Assembly: GCA_041487495.1 (NCBI GenBank)
Contig: JBGPNN010000002.1
Coordinates: 1-40,033, forward strand
Reading direction: 5' to 3'
Source: a bacterium
GTDB taxonomy: Bacteria; Sysuimicrobiota; Sysuimicrobiia; Sysuimicrobiales; Humicultoraceae
DNA: 40,033 nt
Shown: positions 9,468 through 17,141 of the stretch, piece after piece
How the letters are laid out: each line of letters starts with the position of its first letter
Numbering within the stretch: position 1 is the first letter of the stretch
Translations under genes and position numbers: made by a program
Notes under the pieces: generated by a model
What the model was told of the DNA's origin: nothing
The model's database searches: none
Seen by the model: the letters and a program-made list of their open reading frames with translations, nothing else

Positions 9468-10420
9468 GGCACCCTGGCCGTTTCCTTGGCCTCCACCAGC
9501 GCCACGAAGACATCTTCCAGCGACGGGAGGATCGGCTCGACTGACTCGAGGGCAAAGCCCTGCTGGCGTAGATACGCCGCCAGGACAGCGGCCATGTCGT
9601 CCCGATCGACGGTCGCGTGGATCGCGGCGCCATGCAGCGCGGCATCGCGAACCTGAGGATGCGCCTCCACAGCCGCCAGTGCCTGAATGAAGCGATCCGT
9701 GCGGATCTCGAGCACGTGGCCGGGCATTTGCTCCCGCTTGATCGCCTCCGGCGTCCCCTGCGTGATGATCCGGCCTTCATAGATGAAGGCGAGCCGGCCA
9801 CAGTGCTCGGCCTCGTCCATGTAGTGCGTCGTGACCATGATCGTCGTGCCTTCTTCGGAGAACCGGTCGATCATGTCCCAGAACTCGCGTCGCGAGACGG
9901 GATCGACACCCGCGGTGGGCTCGTCCAGGAACACCATCTGAGGCCGGTGGAGGACGGCGCAGCCGAGGGCCAGACGCTGGCGGAAGCCGCCGGACAACTC
10001 TCGCGCCGGATCGTTCCGCCGCTCTGTCAACCCGGAACGCTCCAGCCATTTGTCGACTTGCGTGCGGAACGCAAGGCCGGCGAGGCCGTAGACACCGGCA
10101 TAGAATGCCAGGTTCTCCCTCACGGTCAAGTCCGGGTAGAGGCTGAACCGCTGCGACATGTAGCCGATCCGGGCCTTGATCTCCTCGGGCTGCCGGCGAA
10201 CGTCGAATCCAAGCACTTCCGCGTTGCCCTCGGTCGGGTCAAGGATGCCGCACAGCATGCGAATCGTCGTGGACTTCCCCGCGCCGTTGGGGCCCAAAAA
10301 GCCCCAGATCTCGCCCGGCCGGATCTCGAACGACACATGGTCCACGGCCACGAAGTCTCCGAACCTGCGCGTGAGGGCCTCGGCGCGAACGGAGTACTCG
10401 AGCACGCGCCCGGCGGTCAT
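9464..10420 (-). CDS. ABC transporter ATP-binding protein (canonical NBD)
   Basis: Walker A GPNGAGKST, Q-loop GYMSQ, signature LSGGFRQR, Walker B VFLDEPTAGVD, and H-loop VTTHYMDEAE. 4-nt overlap with the upstream gene. Confidence 0.93.
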   Translation of the reverse strand: MTAGRVLEYSVRAEALTRRFGDFVAVDHVSFEIRPGEIWGFLGPNGAGKSTTIRMLCGILDPTEGNAEVLGFDVRRQPEEIKARIGYMSQRFSLYPDLTVRENLAFYAGVYGLAGLAFRTQVDKWLERSGLTERRNDPARELSGGFRQRLALGCAVLHRPQMVFLDEPTAGVDPVSRREFWDMIDRFSEEGTTIMVTTHYMDEAEHCGRLAFIYEGRIITQGTPEAIKREQMPGHVLEIRTDRFIQALAAVEAHPQVRDAALHGAAIHATVDRDDMAAVLAAYLRQQGFALESVEPILPSLEDVFVALVEAKETARVP

Positions 10421-11358
10421 GCGGTGCGCGCCCCCAGCCGCGAGACGAACACGTCCTCGAGCGAGGGCGAGATCCGCCGGACGCTCGATACCCGCACACC
10501 GCCGCCGGCAAGCACATCCTCGATCTCCCGGCTCACCTCACCCGACGGGACGAGGACATGGAGCCGATCACCGAAGACCTCCAGGCTGACCACGGACGCG
10601 CACTGGCGCAAGATGCCCTTTGCGGCTTCCTGTGGCTGGGCGACGACCTCCAGAATCTCCCCCTGCATCTGCGACTTCAGCCAGGCGGGATCGCCGATTG
10701 CGATGATGCGGCCTCGGTTCATTAGCCCGACGCGGGACGCCCGCTCCGCCTCATCCATGTAGGGCGTGCTGACGAAGATGGTGATGCCACGCCGGTTCAG
10801 TCCATACAGAAAACGCCAGAATTGCCGCCGCGAGACCGGGTCCACCCCGGTCGTCGGTTCGTCGAGGATCAGCACCTCGGGTTCGTGAACGAGCGTGCAG
10901 GCGAGCGCCAGTTTCTGCTTCATCCCGCCCGAGAGAAACTGCGCGAGGCGTCCGCCGAACGACGACAGACGGAAGTCGGCCAGCAGGCGCTGCGCCCGCT
11001 CCGGGAACTCTCGTGGCGACACAAGGTAGAGATCGGCATACAGGCGCAAGTTCTCCATCACCGACAGGTCACCGTACAGGCTGAACCGCTGGGGCATGTA
11101 GCCGATGCGGGCCTTCACCTGTTCGGGATCGCGGACGACGTTATAACCCGCAACCTCTGCCTCACCGGCGTCGGGCGTGACCGCGCCGCAGAGCATGCGG
11201 ATCAGTGTGGTCTTGCCGGCCCCGTCGGGCCCCACAAGGGCGAAGATCTCACCCCGGTGAACCTCGAGGTCCAGGCTGTCGACGGCCGCCAGATCGCCGA
11301 ACCGTCGCGTCAGCCGCGTGCAGTGGATGGCGGCCCGACCGTCGCCGCTTCCCATCAA
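10417..11358 (-). CDS. ABC transporter ATP-binding protein (NBD with degenerate H-loop)
   Basis: Walker A GPDGAGKTT, signature LSGGMKQK and Walker B LILDEPTTGVD are present. The H-loop position reads VSTPYMDEAE, with Pro in place of the conserved His. 4-nt overlap with the hlyD-like gene. Confidence 0.9.
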   Translation of the reverse strand: MMGSGDGRAAIHCTRLTRRFGDLAAVDSLDLEVHRGEIFALVGPDGAGKTTLIRMLCGAVTPDAGEAEVAGYNVVRDPEQVKARIGYMPQRFSLYGDLSVMENLRLYADLYLVSPREFPERAQRLLADFRLSSFGGRLAQFLSGGMKQKLALACTLVHEPEVLILDEPTTGVDPVSRRQFWRFLYGLNRRGITIFVSTPYMDEAERASRVGLMNRGRIIAIGDPAWLKSQMQGEILEVVAQPQEAAKGILRQCASVVSLEVFGDRLHVLVPSGEVSREIEDVLAGGGVRVSSVRRISPSLEDVFVSRLGARTA

Positions 11359-12719
11359 GGGGAGGCGAGGGGCCCGACAAGAATCACCGCGTCCGCTGGC
11401 AACCCAGGCTTCAAGACGCCATCAGGGTTCGGCAGCGCGACCTTCACGCCGAAGACCAGCTTGACCCGCTCTTCTTTCGTCTGCACGTTGCCGGGGGTGA
11501 ACTCCGCGCGGCTGCTGATCTCATCGACGGTTCCCCGCAGGACGCGGTCCGGATAGGCATCGACGCGGACTTCGACGGGCTGACCCAGCTTCACGCGGCC
11601 GAGATCGGTCTCGGCCACGAAGACCCGCAGGTACGGCCGGGTGAGGTCGGCGATGGTCATGATCGGAGCGCCAAGTGTCACCAGATCGCCGACTTCGACG
11701 CTCCTGGAGATGACCGTCCCCGCGATCGGTGCGCGCAGCAGCGCGTGGCTGCGCGCGGTCATCGCCAGGGCGAGGGCGGCCCTGGCCTGGTCGGCCGCCG
11801 CTCGCGCCGCTTCGACCTCCCGTTCGCGCTGAACCACGAGCCCCGCGGTCGCCCTGGCGCCGCGCAGCGCGGCTTCGGCCTGCTCCACCTGGGCCTTTGA
11901 GGCGGCGACATCGAGCTGACGGATGGGGACGGTGCGGCGGTTGGCCAGCGCGACGACCAGCGCGGCCTCGGCCTGCTTTACCGCCGATCCGGCGGCCTCT
12001 CGCTGCGATCGCGACGCATCCCGCTGCGCGCGGACCGCGTCGCGCTGGGCCATCGCCGCCGCAAGCGCCGTGCGCGCCGCATCCACCTGCTGCGCGGCCA
12101 CCGCGCCATCGCGGAACAGCGCTTCGGCGCGTGCCGCGTCAGATTGCGCACGCAACAAAGCGGCTTCGGCCGCCTGGAGATTTGCCTCGGCGGCGCGCAG
12201 GGCCGCGTCGGCCGCGGCCACCTGGGCGGTGAGGGCGTTCACCTGCGCGTTTGCCTGCGCAATCTGCGCGTCGACGGACGCCTGCTGCAACTTGACGGTC
12301 TCGCCGGCCTGCGGCACCCGCGTGCGACTCGCCACGACCGCGGACTGCGCCTGATCCACAGAGGCTGCCGTCAGTGCGTGCTGCATCGAAAGGGCCACGT
12401 CGGCCTGCGCCGCCCGTGCCTCGGCCACGGCCAGTGCCGCGCGCGCCTGCGCGACCTGAGCGTCCAGTTCCTCATGGTCGAGTTCGGCGACCACCTGGTT
12501 GGCTTCGACCTGGTCGCCTCCGCGTACTTTGAGGCTGACGACCCTGCCGGCAACCTTCGGCGAGACGTCGACCTGCGTCGCCTCGATCGTACCCGAGCCC
12601 TCGATCCGGTTCTCGCTGGAGCGGTGCCGCGGCAGGACCACCGCGGCCGCCGCGGCCGCGGCCAGCACCAGAATCAAAATCCGGAGCCGTGGGGAGATTC
12701 GCCGTCCTTCAAGTTTCAT
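11355..12719 (-). CDS. HlyD-family periplasmic adaptor (membrane fusion protein) with long Ala/Gln-rich coiled coil
   Basis: N-terminal TM anchor and a lipoyl-like segment (GRVVSLKVRGGDQVEANQVVAELD). A coiled coil of about 200 aa is followed by a beta-barrel region (LLRAPIAGTVISRSVEVGDLV). ATG start with GGAGGAAGAGG upstream. Confidence 0.88.
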   Translation of the reverse strand: MKLEGRRISPRLRILILVLAAAAAAAVVLPRHRSSENRIEGSGTIEATQVDVSPKVAGRVVSLKVRGGDQVEANQVVAELDHEELDAQVAQARAALAVAEARAAQADVALSMQHALTAASVDQAQSAVVASRTRVPQAGETVKLQQASVDAQIAQANAQVNALTAQVAAADAALRAAEANLQAAEAALLRAQSDAARAEALFRDGAVAAQQVDAARTALAAAMAQRDAVRAQRDASRSQREAAGSAVKQAEAALVVALANRRTVPIRQLDVAASKAQVEQAEAALRGARATAGLVVQREREVEAARAAADQARAALALAMTARSHALLRAPIAGTVISRSVEVGDLVTLGAPIMTIADLTRPYLRVFVAETDLGRVKLGQPVEVRVDAYPDRVLRGTVDEISSRAEFTPGNVQTKEERVKLVFGVKVALPNPDGVLKPGLPADAVILVGPLASP

Positions 12720-12761
12720 GTTCCTCTTCCTCCGCCCCCCGCCGCGGGACCTCGTCGCATA

Positions 12762-14120
12762 CTACTCGACCGGGCCACCCGCCGCGCGCTCGAGTAACGC
12801 GCGGGCGATATTGATGTCGAACAGCGCCTGGATGCGGTTGGCCTCGGCCAGCGATAACGCGGCCTGCGCCTGGATGACTTCGAGGTTGGTCGACACCCCG
12901 GCGGTGAAGCGCACGGTGGCGATGCGGAACCCCTCCTGCGCCTGCTCGACCGTCTTGTCGGCGGTCACCAGTTCTTCGGCCGCCGACGCGTAGGTGAGCA
13001 ACGCGCGGCGGACATCCAGTTCGATGGCCTGCCGTAGTTGCGCCTCACCGACCTTCAGCTGCTCGACGCGCAACTGGGCCTCGCGGATGCGCTGGTCGGT
13101 GACATGACCGTCGAAAAGCGGCACCGTGGCCGCGAGCGTGAGGCTCCAGCCGGCCGCCGTCGTGCCCGTGGATGTGCCGCCCGTGCTGTTGCCGTACGAG
13201 GCCCCGCCGCTAAAAACGAGCGCCGGGCGGCCACTGGCCCGCGCGATGTCGATGGCGGCGGTTGCGGCGTCCAGACGCGCGCGCAGTTCCGCCAGTTCGG
13301 GCCGGGCCTCGAGCGCCCGGCGGATCAACGCGGCGACCTCGCTGCGAACGCTGACGATCCCCATCGTCTCACGCGGCGTGAGCGGGGTATCCAGCGGCAG
13401 GTTTACCACGGCATTGAGCGCGTGCACGGCGAGCGACTGCGCGTTGCGGCTGCGGATCAGGCCTTGTCGGGCATTCGCGGAGTTCACTTCGGCCTGGATC
13501 TCATCGAACCGCGGCGACACACCGGCGGCGACCCGCGCCCGGGCCAGGCGCAGGTTCTCCTCCGCGGCGGCCACGGTGCGTTGTGCCACATCGACGCTCG
13601 CCTGCGCCAGCAGGAGCTGGAAGTAGGCCTGCCTGACGTCAAACACAAGCTGTTGTTTGGCGCGCTCCAGTGCCGCCTCTGCCCCCTTGAGGTTCGCCTG
13701 GGCGAGGGCGATCTGCGACTCGATCCGGCCGCTGGTGATGAGCGGCAGTTGATAGGTCAGCGCGACCGAGTACAGATCGACACTCGGCGGCGGGATGGTG
13801 ATGGTGATCGGAACAGGAATGGCCGGCGGCATCGCCGGGATGGAGATTGTTGAGCCGGTCCGCTCGTTGATCCGCGTGTAGGATCCTGTCAGCACCACCG
13901 TGCCCGAGCGCAGGCCCTCGGCCTGGGCAAGTTGGGCCCGCGCCACCTGCGTCTCGAACGCGGCGATTTTCAGGCCCAGATTATTCTGCGCGGCGACCGT
14001 CAGCGCTTCAGACAGCGTGATCGCCCGCGGGGTCTGCGCGACCGCCGGGTTTGGCCGCACAACCCCGGTCAGCAGGAACAGCGCGCACAGCGCGGTCAGC
14101 ATTCGGCTTAGGGCTTTCAA
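12762..14120 (-). CDS. TolC-family outer-membrane efflux protein
   Basis: Signal peptide ending in VAQ, and two OEP-type repeats rich in Q/A/L helices (…LSEALTVAAQNNLGLK…, …ARLDAATAAIDIARA…). Start set at the TTG at 14120, which has GAGGAGGAG 5 nt upstream. The track start at 14258 would overlap tetR. Confidence 0.85.
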   Translation of the reverse strand: MKALSRMLTALCALFLLTGVVRPNPAVAQTPRAITLSEALTVAAQNNLGLKIAAFETQVARAQLAQAEGLRSGTVVLTGSYTRINERTGSTISIPAMPPAIPVPITITIPPPSVDLYSVALTYQLPLITSGRIESQIALAQANLKGAEAALERAKQQLVFDVRQAYFQLLLAQASVDVAQRTVAAAEENLRLARARVAAGVSPRFDEIQAEVNSANARQGLIRSRNAQSLAVHALNAVVNLPLDTPLTPRETMGIVSVRSEVAALIRRALEARPELAELRARLDAATAAIDIARASGRPALVFSGGASYGNSTGGTSTGTTAAGWSLTLAATVPLFDGHVTDQRIREAQLRVEQLKVGEAQLRQAIELDVRRALLTYASAAEELVTADKTVEQAQEGFRIATVRFTAGVSTNLEVIQAQAALSLAEANRIQALFDINIARALLERAAGGPVE

Positions 14121-14136
14121 GGTCTCCTCCTCACGA

Positions 14137-14781
14137 TCAGGCTGGCATCCGGCGGTCGAGGGTGCCGTGGAGAAACAACCTGACCGTCTCCCGGATGATG
14201 GTCCGATAGGTGGACGGCACCATCCGCCGCCCCTGCAACACGTGCTGGCCCAGCGCAATCATGAAGATCGTGCCGGGGAGCGCCCGACCCGCAACCGCCG
14301 GGTCCAGGTCGCGGCGGTACACGCCGCGGGCCATCCCTTTTCGCAAGTGGGCTTCGAGCATCCCGGCGGCCGCCATGGGCATCAAGCGCATGTATTCCTC
14401 GCGCGCCTGCTGGCTCAGGTGTGGCAGCGCCGACAGGAACACTTTCAGAAACCCGATGTTACCGGTGACGCGGTCCACCATTGCCTGGCCCATCGCCACC
14501 AGAGCGCGCTCGGCCTCTTCCGCCGTGCTGACATCGGGGAGCGCGGCCAATCGGTCAAACACCGGTCCGGCCAGATACCGGGGGATATGGATGAGCAGAT
14601 CTTCTTTGCTGCGGAAATAGTTGTAGATCGTTCCCTCGGCGACCCGCGCCTCGCCGGCGACGTCCTCGATCGTGGCGGCGGCATACCCGCGGTTTGCAAA
14701 AACCCGCACCGCCGCCTGCAGGATCTGCCTGCGGCGCTCCTCGCTATGTACTTTGCGGTCTTGCGCGGTCACATGTGGCAT
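14137..14781 (-). CDS. TetR/AcrR-family transcriptional regulator
   Basis: N-terminal HTH: RRRQILQAAVRVFANRGYAAATIEDVAGEARVAEGTIYNYFRSKEDLL. 214 aa, and the first gene of the exporter operon. Confidence 0.92.
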   Translation of the reverse strand: MPHVTAQDRKVHSEERRRQILQAAVRVFANRGYAAATIEDVAGEARVAEGTIYNYFRSKEDLLIHIPRYLAGPVFDRLAALPDVSTAEEAERALVAMGQAMVDRVTGNIGFLKVFLSALPHLSQQAREEYMRLMPMAAAGMLEAHLRKGMARGVYRRDLDPAVAGRALPGTIFMIALGQHVLQGRRMVPSTYRTIIRETVRLFLHGTLDRRMPA

Positions 14782-14789
14782 GTTCTGTC

Positions 14790-14811
14790 GATGAGTGAGT
14801 ACTCACTCATC
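14790..14811. promoter_or_regulatory. Perfect 22-bp palindrome GATGAGTGAGT/ACTCACTCATC; candidate TetR operator
   Basis: Read directly from the sequence. It lies 8 nt upstream of the tetR ATG and just downstream of the predicted -10 element. Confidence 0.6.
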
Positions 14812-14825
14812 ACTACTCCGCGGCT

Positions 14826-14854
14826 ATCGTACGGCGAAGAGCGAGGGTTGTCAA
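14826..14854 (-). promoter_or_regulatory. Sigma-70-type promoter candidate: TTGACA - 17 nt - TACGAT
   Basis: On the minus strand there is a perfect -35 TTGACA (14854-14849), an exactly 17-nt spacer, and a -10 TACGAT (14831-14826). The palindrome begins about 15 nt downstream of the -10. Confidence 0.5.
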
Positions 14855-14857
14855 CGG

Positions 14858-15460
14858 CTAACGCCAGCGGGCCAGGCCGGGGTCGTGCGCGAGCATCCAG
14901 GTTTCGTTGAGACGCCACGGCGAGAGCGCATCCGATTGCACCACGACGCGTTGTTTCGTCCAGAGCACGTCGTCGCGGGCCCGCGCCTTCCCATCCTCCT
15001 GATGGCGCCACTTCACGTCCTGGACCAGGAACCAGAGGAAGTGCATGTAGGTCGAGGCGACGATCTCGTTGACCGCCATTTGCCCGGTATCGAAGACGCC
15101 CACCGGGGAGTCGCCCGCCGAATCGATGCGATCGAGGAGCAGCACAAACGGGTTCCCGACCCCGTCGTTGCCGACTTCCAGGAACGCCGGTGTCCACCCC
15201 AGCGGGCCCCAGTACGATCGGGCCTGTCGCGTGGCGAAAACCAGGTCGAGCGCCGACTGCACGGGGGGCACACCCATGACGGGCTCGCTCACGATAAAAC
15301 CCCCGTTGAACTCGCCCAGCACAACCCGCACCGACGGCGAAAAACGCACGCCGAGCTCATTTTCGGCCTTCGCCAGGTCGCGCTCGGGCGCGGGCGGATT
15401 CAGTCGGATTACGCCGGGATCGAAGAACCCCAGCTCGCGCCGCAGATCGTCGATCACCAT
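14858..15460 (-). CDS. SMI1/KNR4 (SUKH-1) family protein
   Basis: N-terminal pattern LAKAENELGVRFSPSVRVVLGEFNGGF is typical of SUKH-1 domains. 200 aa, with an acidic/aromatic C-terminal half. Confidence 0.7.
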   Translation of the reverse strand: MVIDDLRRELGFFDPGVIRLNPPAPERDLAKAENELGVRFSPSVRVVLGEFNGGFIVSEPVMGVPPVQSALDLVFATRQARSYWGPLGWTPAFLEVGNDGVGNPFVLLLDRIDSAGDSPVGVFDTGQMAVNEIVASTYMHFLWFLVQDVKWRHQEDGKARARDDVLWTKQRVVVQSDALSPWRLNETWMLAHDPGLARWR

Positions 15461-15475
15461 CGGGAAACGTCAATC

Positions 15476-15505
15476 TCCCGTCTACCCGCCTCCCGTCTAC
15501 CCGCC
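15476..15505. repeat. Perfect tandem duplication, 2 x 15 bp (TCCCGTCTACCCGCC), spanning the purR stop codon
   Basis: Read directly. On the minus strand it is GGCGGGTAGACGGGA twice. This gives the purR TAG at 15497-15499 and a second in-frame TAG at 15482-15484. Confidence 0.9.
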
Positions 15506-16342
15506 ACCCACCAGCCACGCATGGATCCAGCGGCTCGGCTCGACGATGGTCTCCCCACCGGCACTCTCGCCGCGGTAGGTCACCAGCGCCAGATAACGGT
15601 CGATTCTCTTATCGGCGGGTTGTTCTGTCTCCACTAATACCCCGATCCCCGCGACTTCAGCCCGGCACTCCCGCATGAGATCGTGCACGCCGCGGGCGGT
15701 CCCACCCCCGCGGAGAAAGTCATCGATGAACAACACCCGCGCCCCCTCGGGCACGGCGCGTAGCGGCACCGTCATCGACTGCACCAGCCCCGAGGACCCC
15801 GAAACGTAGTTCACGCTGACCGACGGCCCTTCGGTCACGAGCCCGCGGCGAATCGTCACCAACGGCACGTTAAAGGCGCGCGCGGTCATCAACGCCAGCG
15901 GGATGCCCTTCACTTCCATCGTAAGCACGACTTCGGGGCGCACGTCGGCAAACAGCGTGGCAAAGGCCTCGCCGATTGCCTCCGCCATCGAGGGGGTGGA
16001 GATCAGGTCGGTCGTGTGAAGGAACCCGCCGGGCAGCGCGCGACCGCGCTCGCGGAGCCGCCCGCAGATCTCGTCGACCAGGGCACGGACCTGTGCCGGG
16101 GTCCGGAGCGGAATGTAGCGCACCCCGCCGGCCGCGCCGGCAAGTGTCTCGATACGGCCGAACCCGAACCGTTCGCACACGCTGCGCAGGTAGGCGAGGT
16201 CCTCGCTGACAGTGGACTTGGCGGTGCTCAGCAGGTCCATGAACGTGGATAAGGAGAACAAGCGGTAGGGCGCGGCCATCAGCGCGTGGGCAATGGCTAC
16301 CATGCGCTCGCCTCGCCGCAGGCGACGGCCGGGTCCGGACAC
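15497..16342 (-). CDS. purR: Purine operon repressor PurR (Bacillus type: winged-helix domain plus phosphoribosyltransferase-like domain)
   Basis: N-terminus RRGERMVAIAHALMAAPYRLFSLSTFMDLLSTAKSTVSEDL…AGAAGGVRYIP parallels B. subtilis PurR. PRPP-binding motif VLFIDDFLRGGGTARG. Start set at the GTG at 16342 (282 aa), because the track start at 16513 overlaps the upstream gene. Confidence 0.88.
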   Translation of the reverse strand: MSGPGRRLRRGERMVAIAHALMAAPYRLFSLSTFMDLLSTAKSTVSEDLAYLRSVCERFGFGRIETLAGAAGGVRYIPLRTPAQVRALVDEICGRLRERGRALPGGFLHTTDLISTPSMAEAIGEAFATLFADVRPEVVLTMEVKGIPLALMTARAFNVPLVTIRRGLVTEGPSVSVNYVSGSSGLVQSMTVPLRAVPEGARVLFIDDFLRGGGTARGVHDLMRECRAEVAGIGVLVETEQPADKRIDRYLALVTYRGESAGGETIVEPSRWIHAWLVGGG

Positions 16343-16382
16343 GGTCGCCGAGGTCGCGCCGGCACCACGCCGCGCGGGCACC

Positions 16383-17141
16383 TCAGTGCTCCGATCCCGG
16401 TTCCAGGGCCGCCCGCAGGATTTTGACGTTCTCCGGCCGCTCGGCGTCGATGTCCAGGGCCAGCTCGGGACCGTCAAGCACCACCGCCCGGCCGCGGATG
16501 CCGGCCACCTCATAGATCCGCGCCTCCATGTCGGCGATGGTGAGACTACCCGCGGCCAGCTTCATCATGGTAGGCCAGCCAAACAGCTGTGCCAGCAGCC
16601 ACGGTTTCTTGCGACCAGCGATGACGCGCTCTACGAGGGGCCGAACCTTTTCGATGAGCCGGGGATCGAACACCAGCACGCTCCCGCCGCAGAACACCCC
16701 GTCGGCCACGCGCACGAATGTTTTGCGGGCGTCGGGAAACCGCCGCAGGAGGGCCGCCTGAGGAATGATTGGATAGTAGAAACCTGCCTCGCCGGTACAC
16801 AACTGCAGGAACTGGTCGAGCGCCTTCGCGGTGATCAGGGGCAGGTCGGATGCCACGGTCAGCACCCGCGAGGCGCCGGTCAGGCGGGAGGCCGCGGCGG
16901 CCATGTTGTCGATGAGGCTGGGTTCTTCGGCGATGATCTCGACCGACGCGCCGAGCAGGGCTGTGAGCGGTTGGACGGGCCCGACGGCAACAATTCGGTC
17001 GATCGAGCCACAGCCCCTGACCGCGTCCAGCACGCGCACGACCAGTGGCCGGCCGCCGAGTTCGAGGAACGCTTTGTTGGGTAGACCCGGCGCCAGCTGA
17101 GAATCCGGCGGCCCGCCTGCCAGGACGATCGCCGCCGGCAC
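16383..17141 (-). CDS. Nucleotidyltransferase-family protein (MobA-like NTP-transferase fold)
   Basis: N-terminus AIVLAGGPP…NKAFLELGGRPLV is typical of GT-A/NTP_transf_3 enzymes. The GTG start shares 1 nt with the ispE stop (TAGTG). Confidence 0.55.
   Translation of the reverse strand: MPAAIVLAGGPPDSQLAPGLPNKAFLELGGRPLVVRVLDAVRGCGSIDRIVAVGPVQPLTALLGASVEIIAEEPSLIDNMAAAASRLTGASRVLTVASDLPLITAKALDQFLQLCTGEAGFYYPIIPQAALLRRFPDARKTFVRVADGVFCGGSVLVFDPRLIEKVRPLVERVIAGRKKPWLLAQLFGWPTMMKLAAGSLTIADMEARIYEVAGIRGRAVVLDGPELALDIDAERPENVKILRAALEPGSEH

Noticed and set aside
11640-12480. Repetitive GCG/GCC-rich low-complexity DNA that looks like a tandem repeat
   Set aside because: It is in frame within the HlyD-family gene and encodes the Ala/Gln/Arg-rich coiled-coil hairpin typical of membrane fusion proteins. 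It is not a non-coding repeat or a CRISPR-like array.
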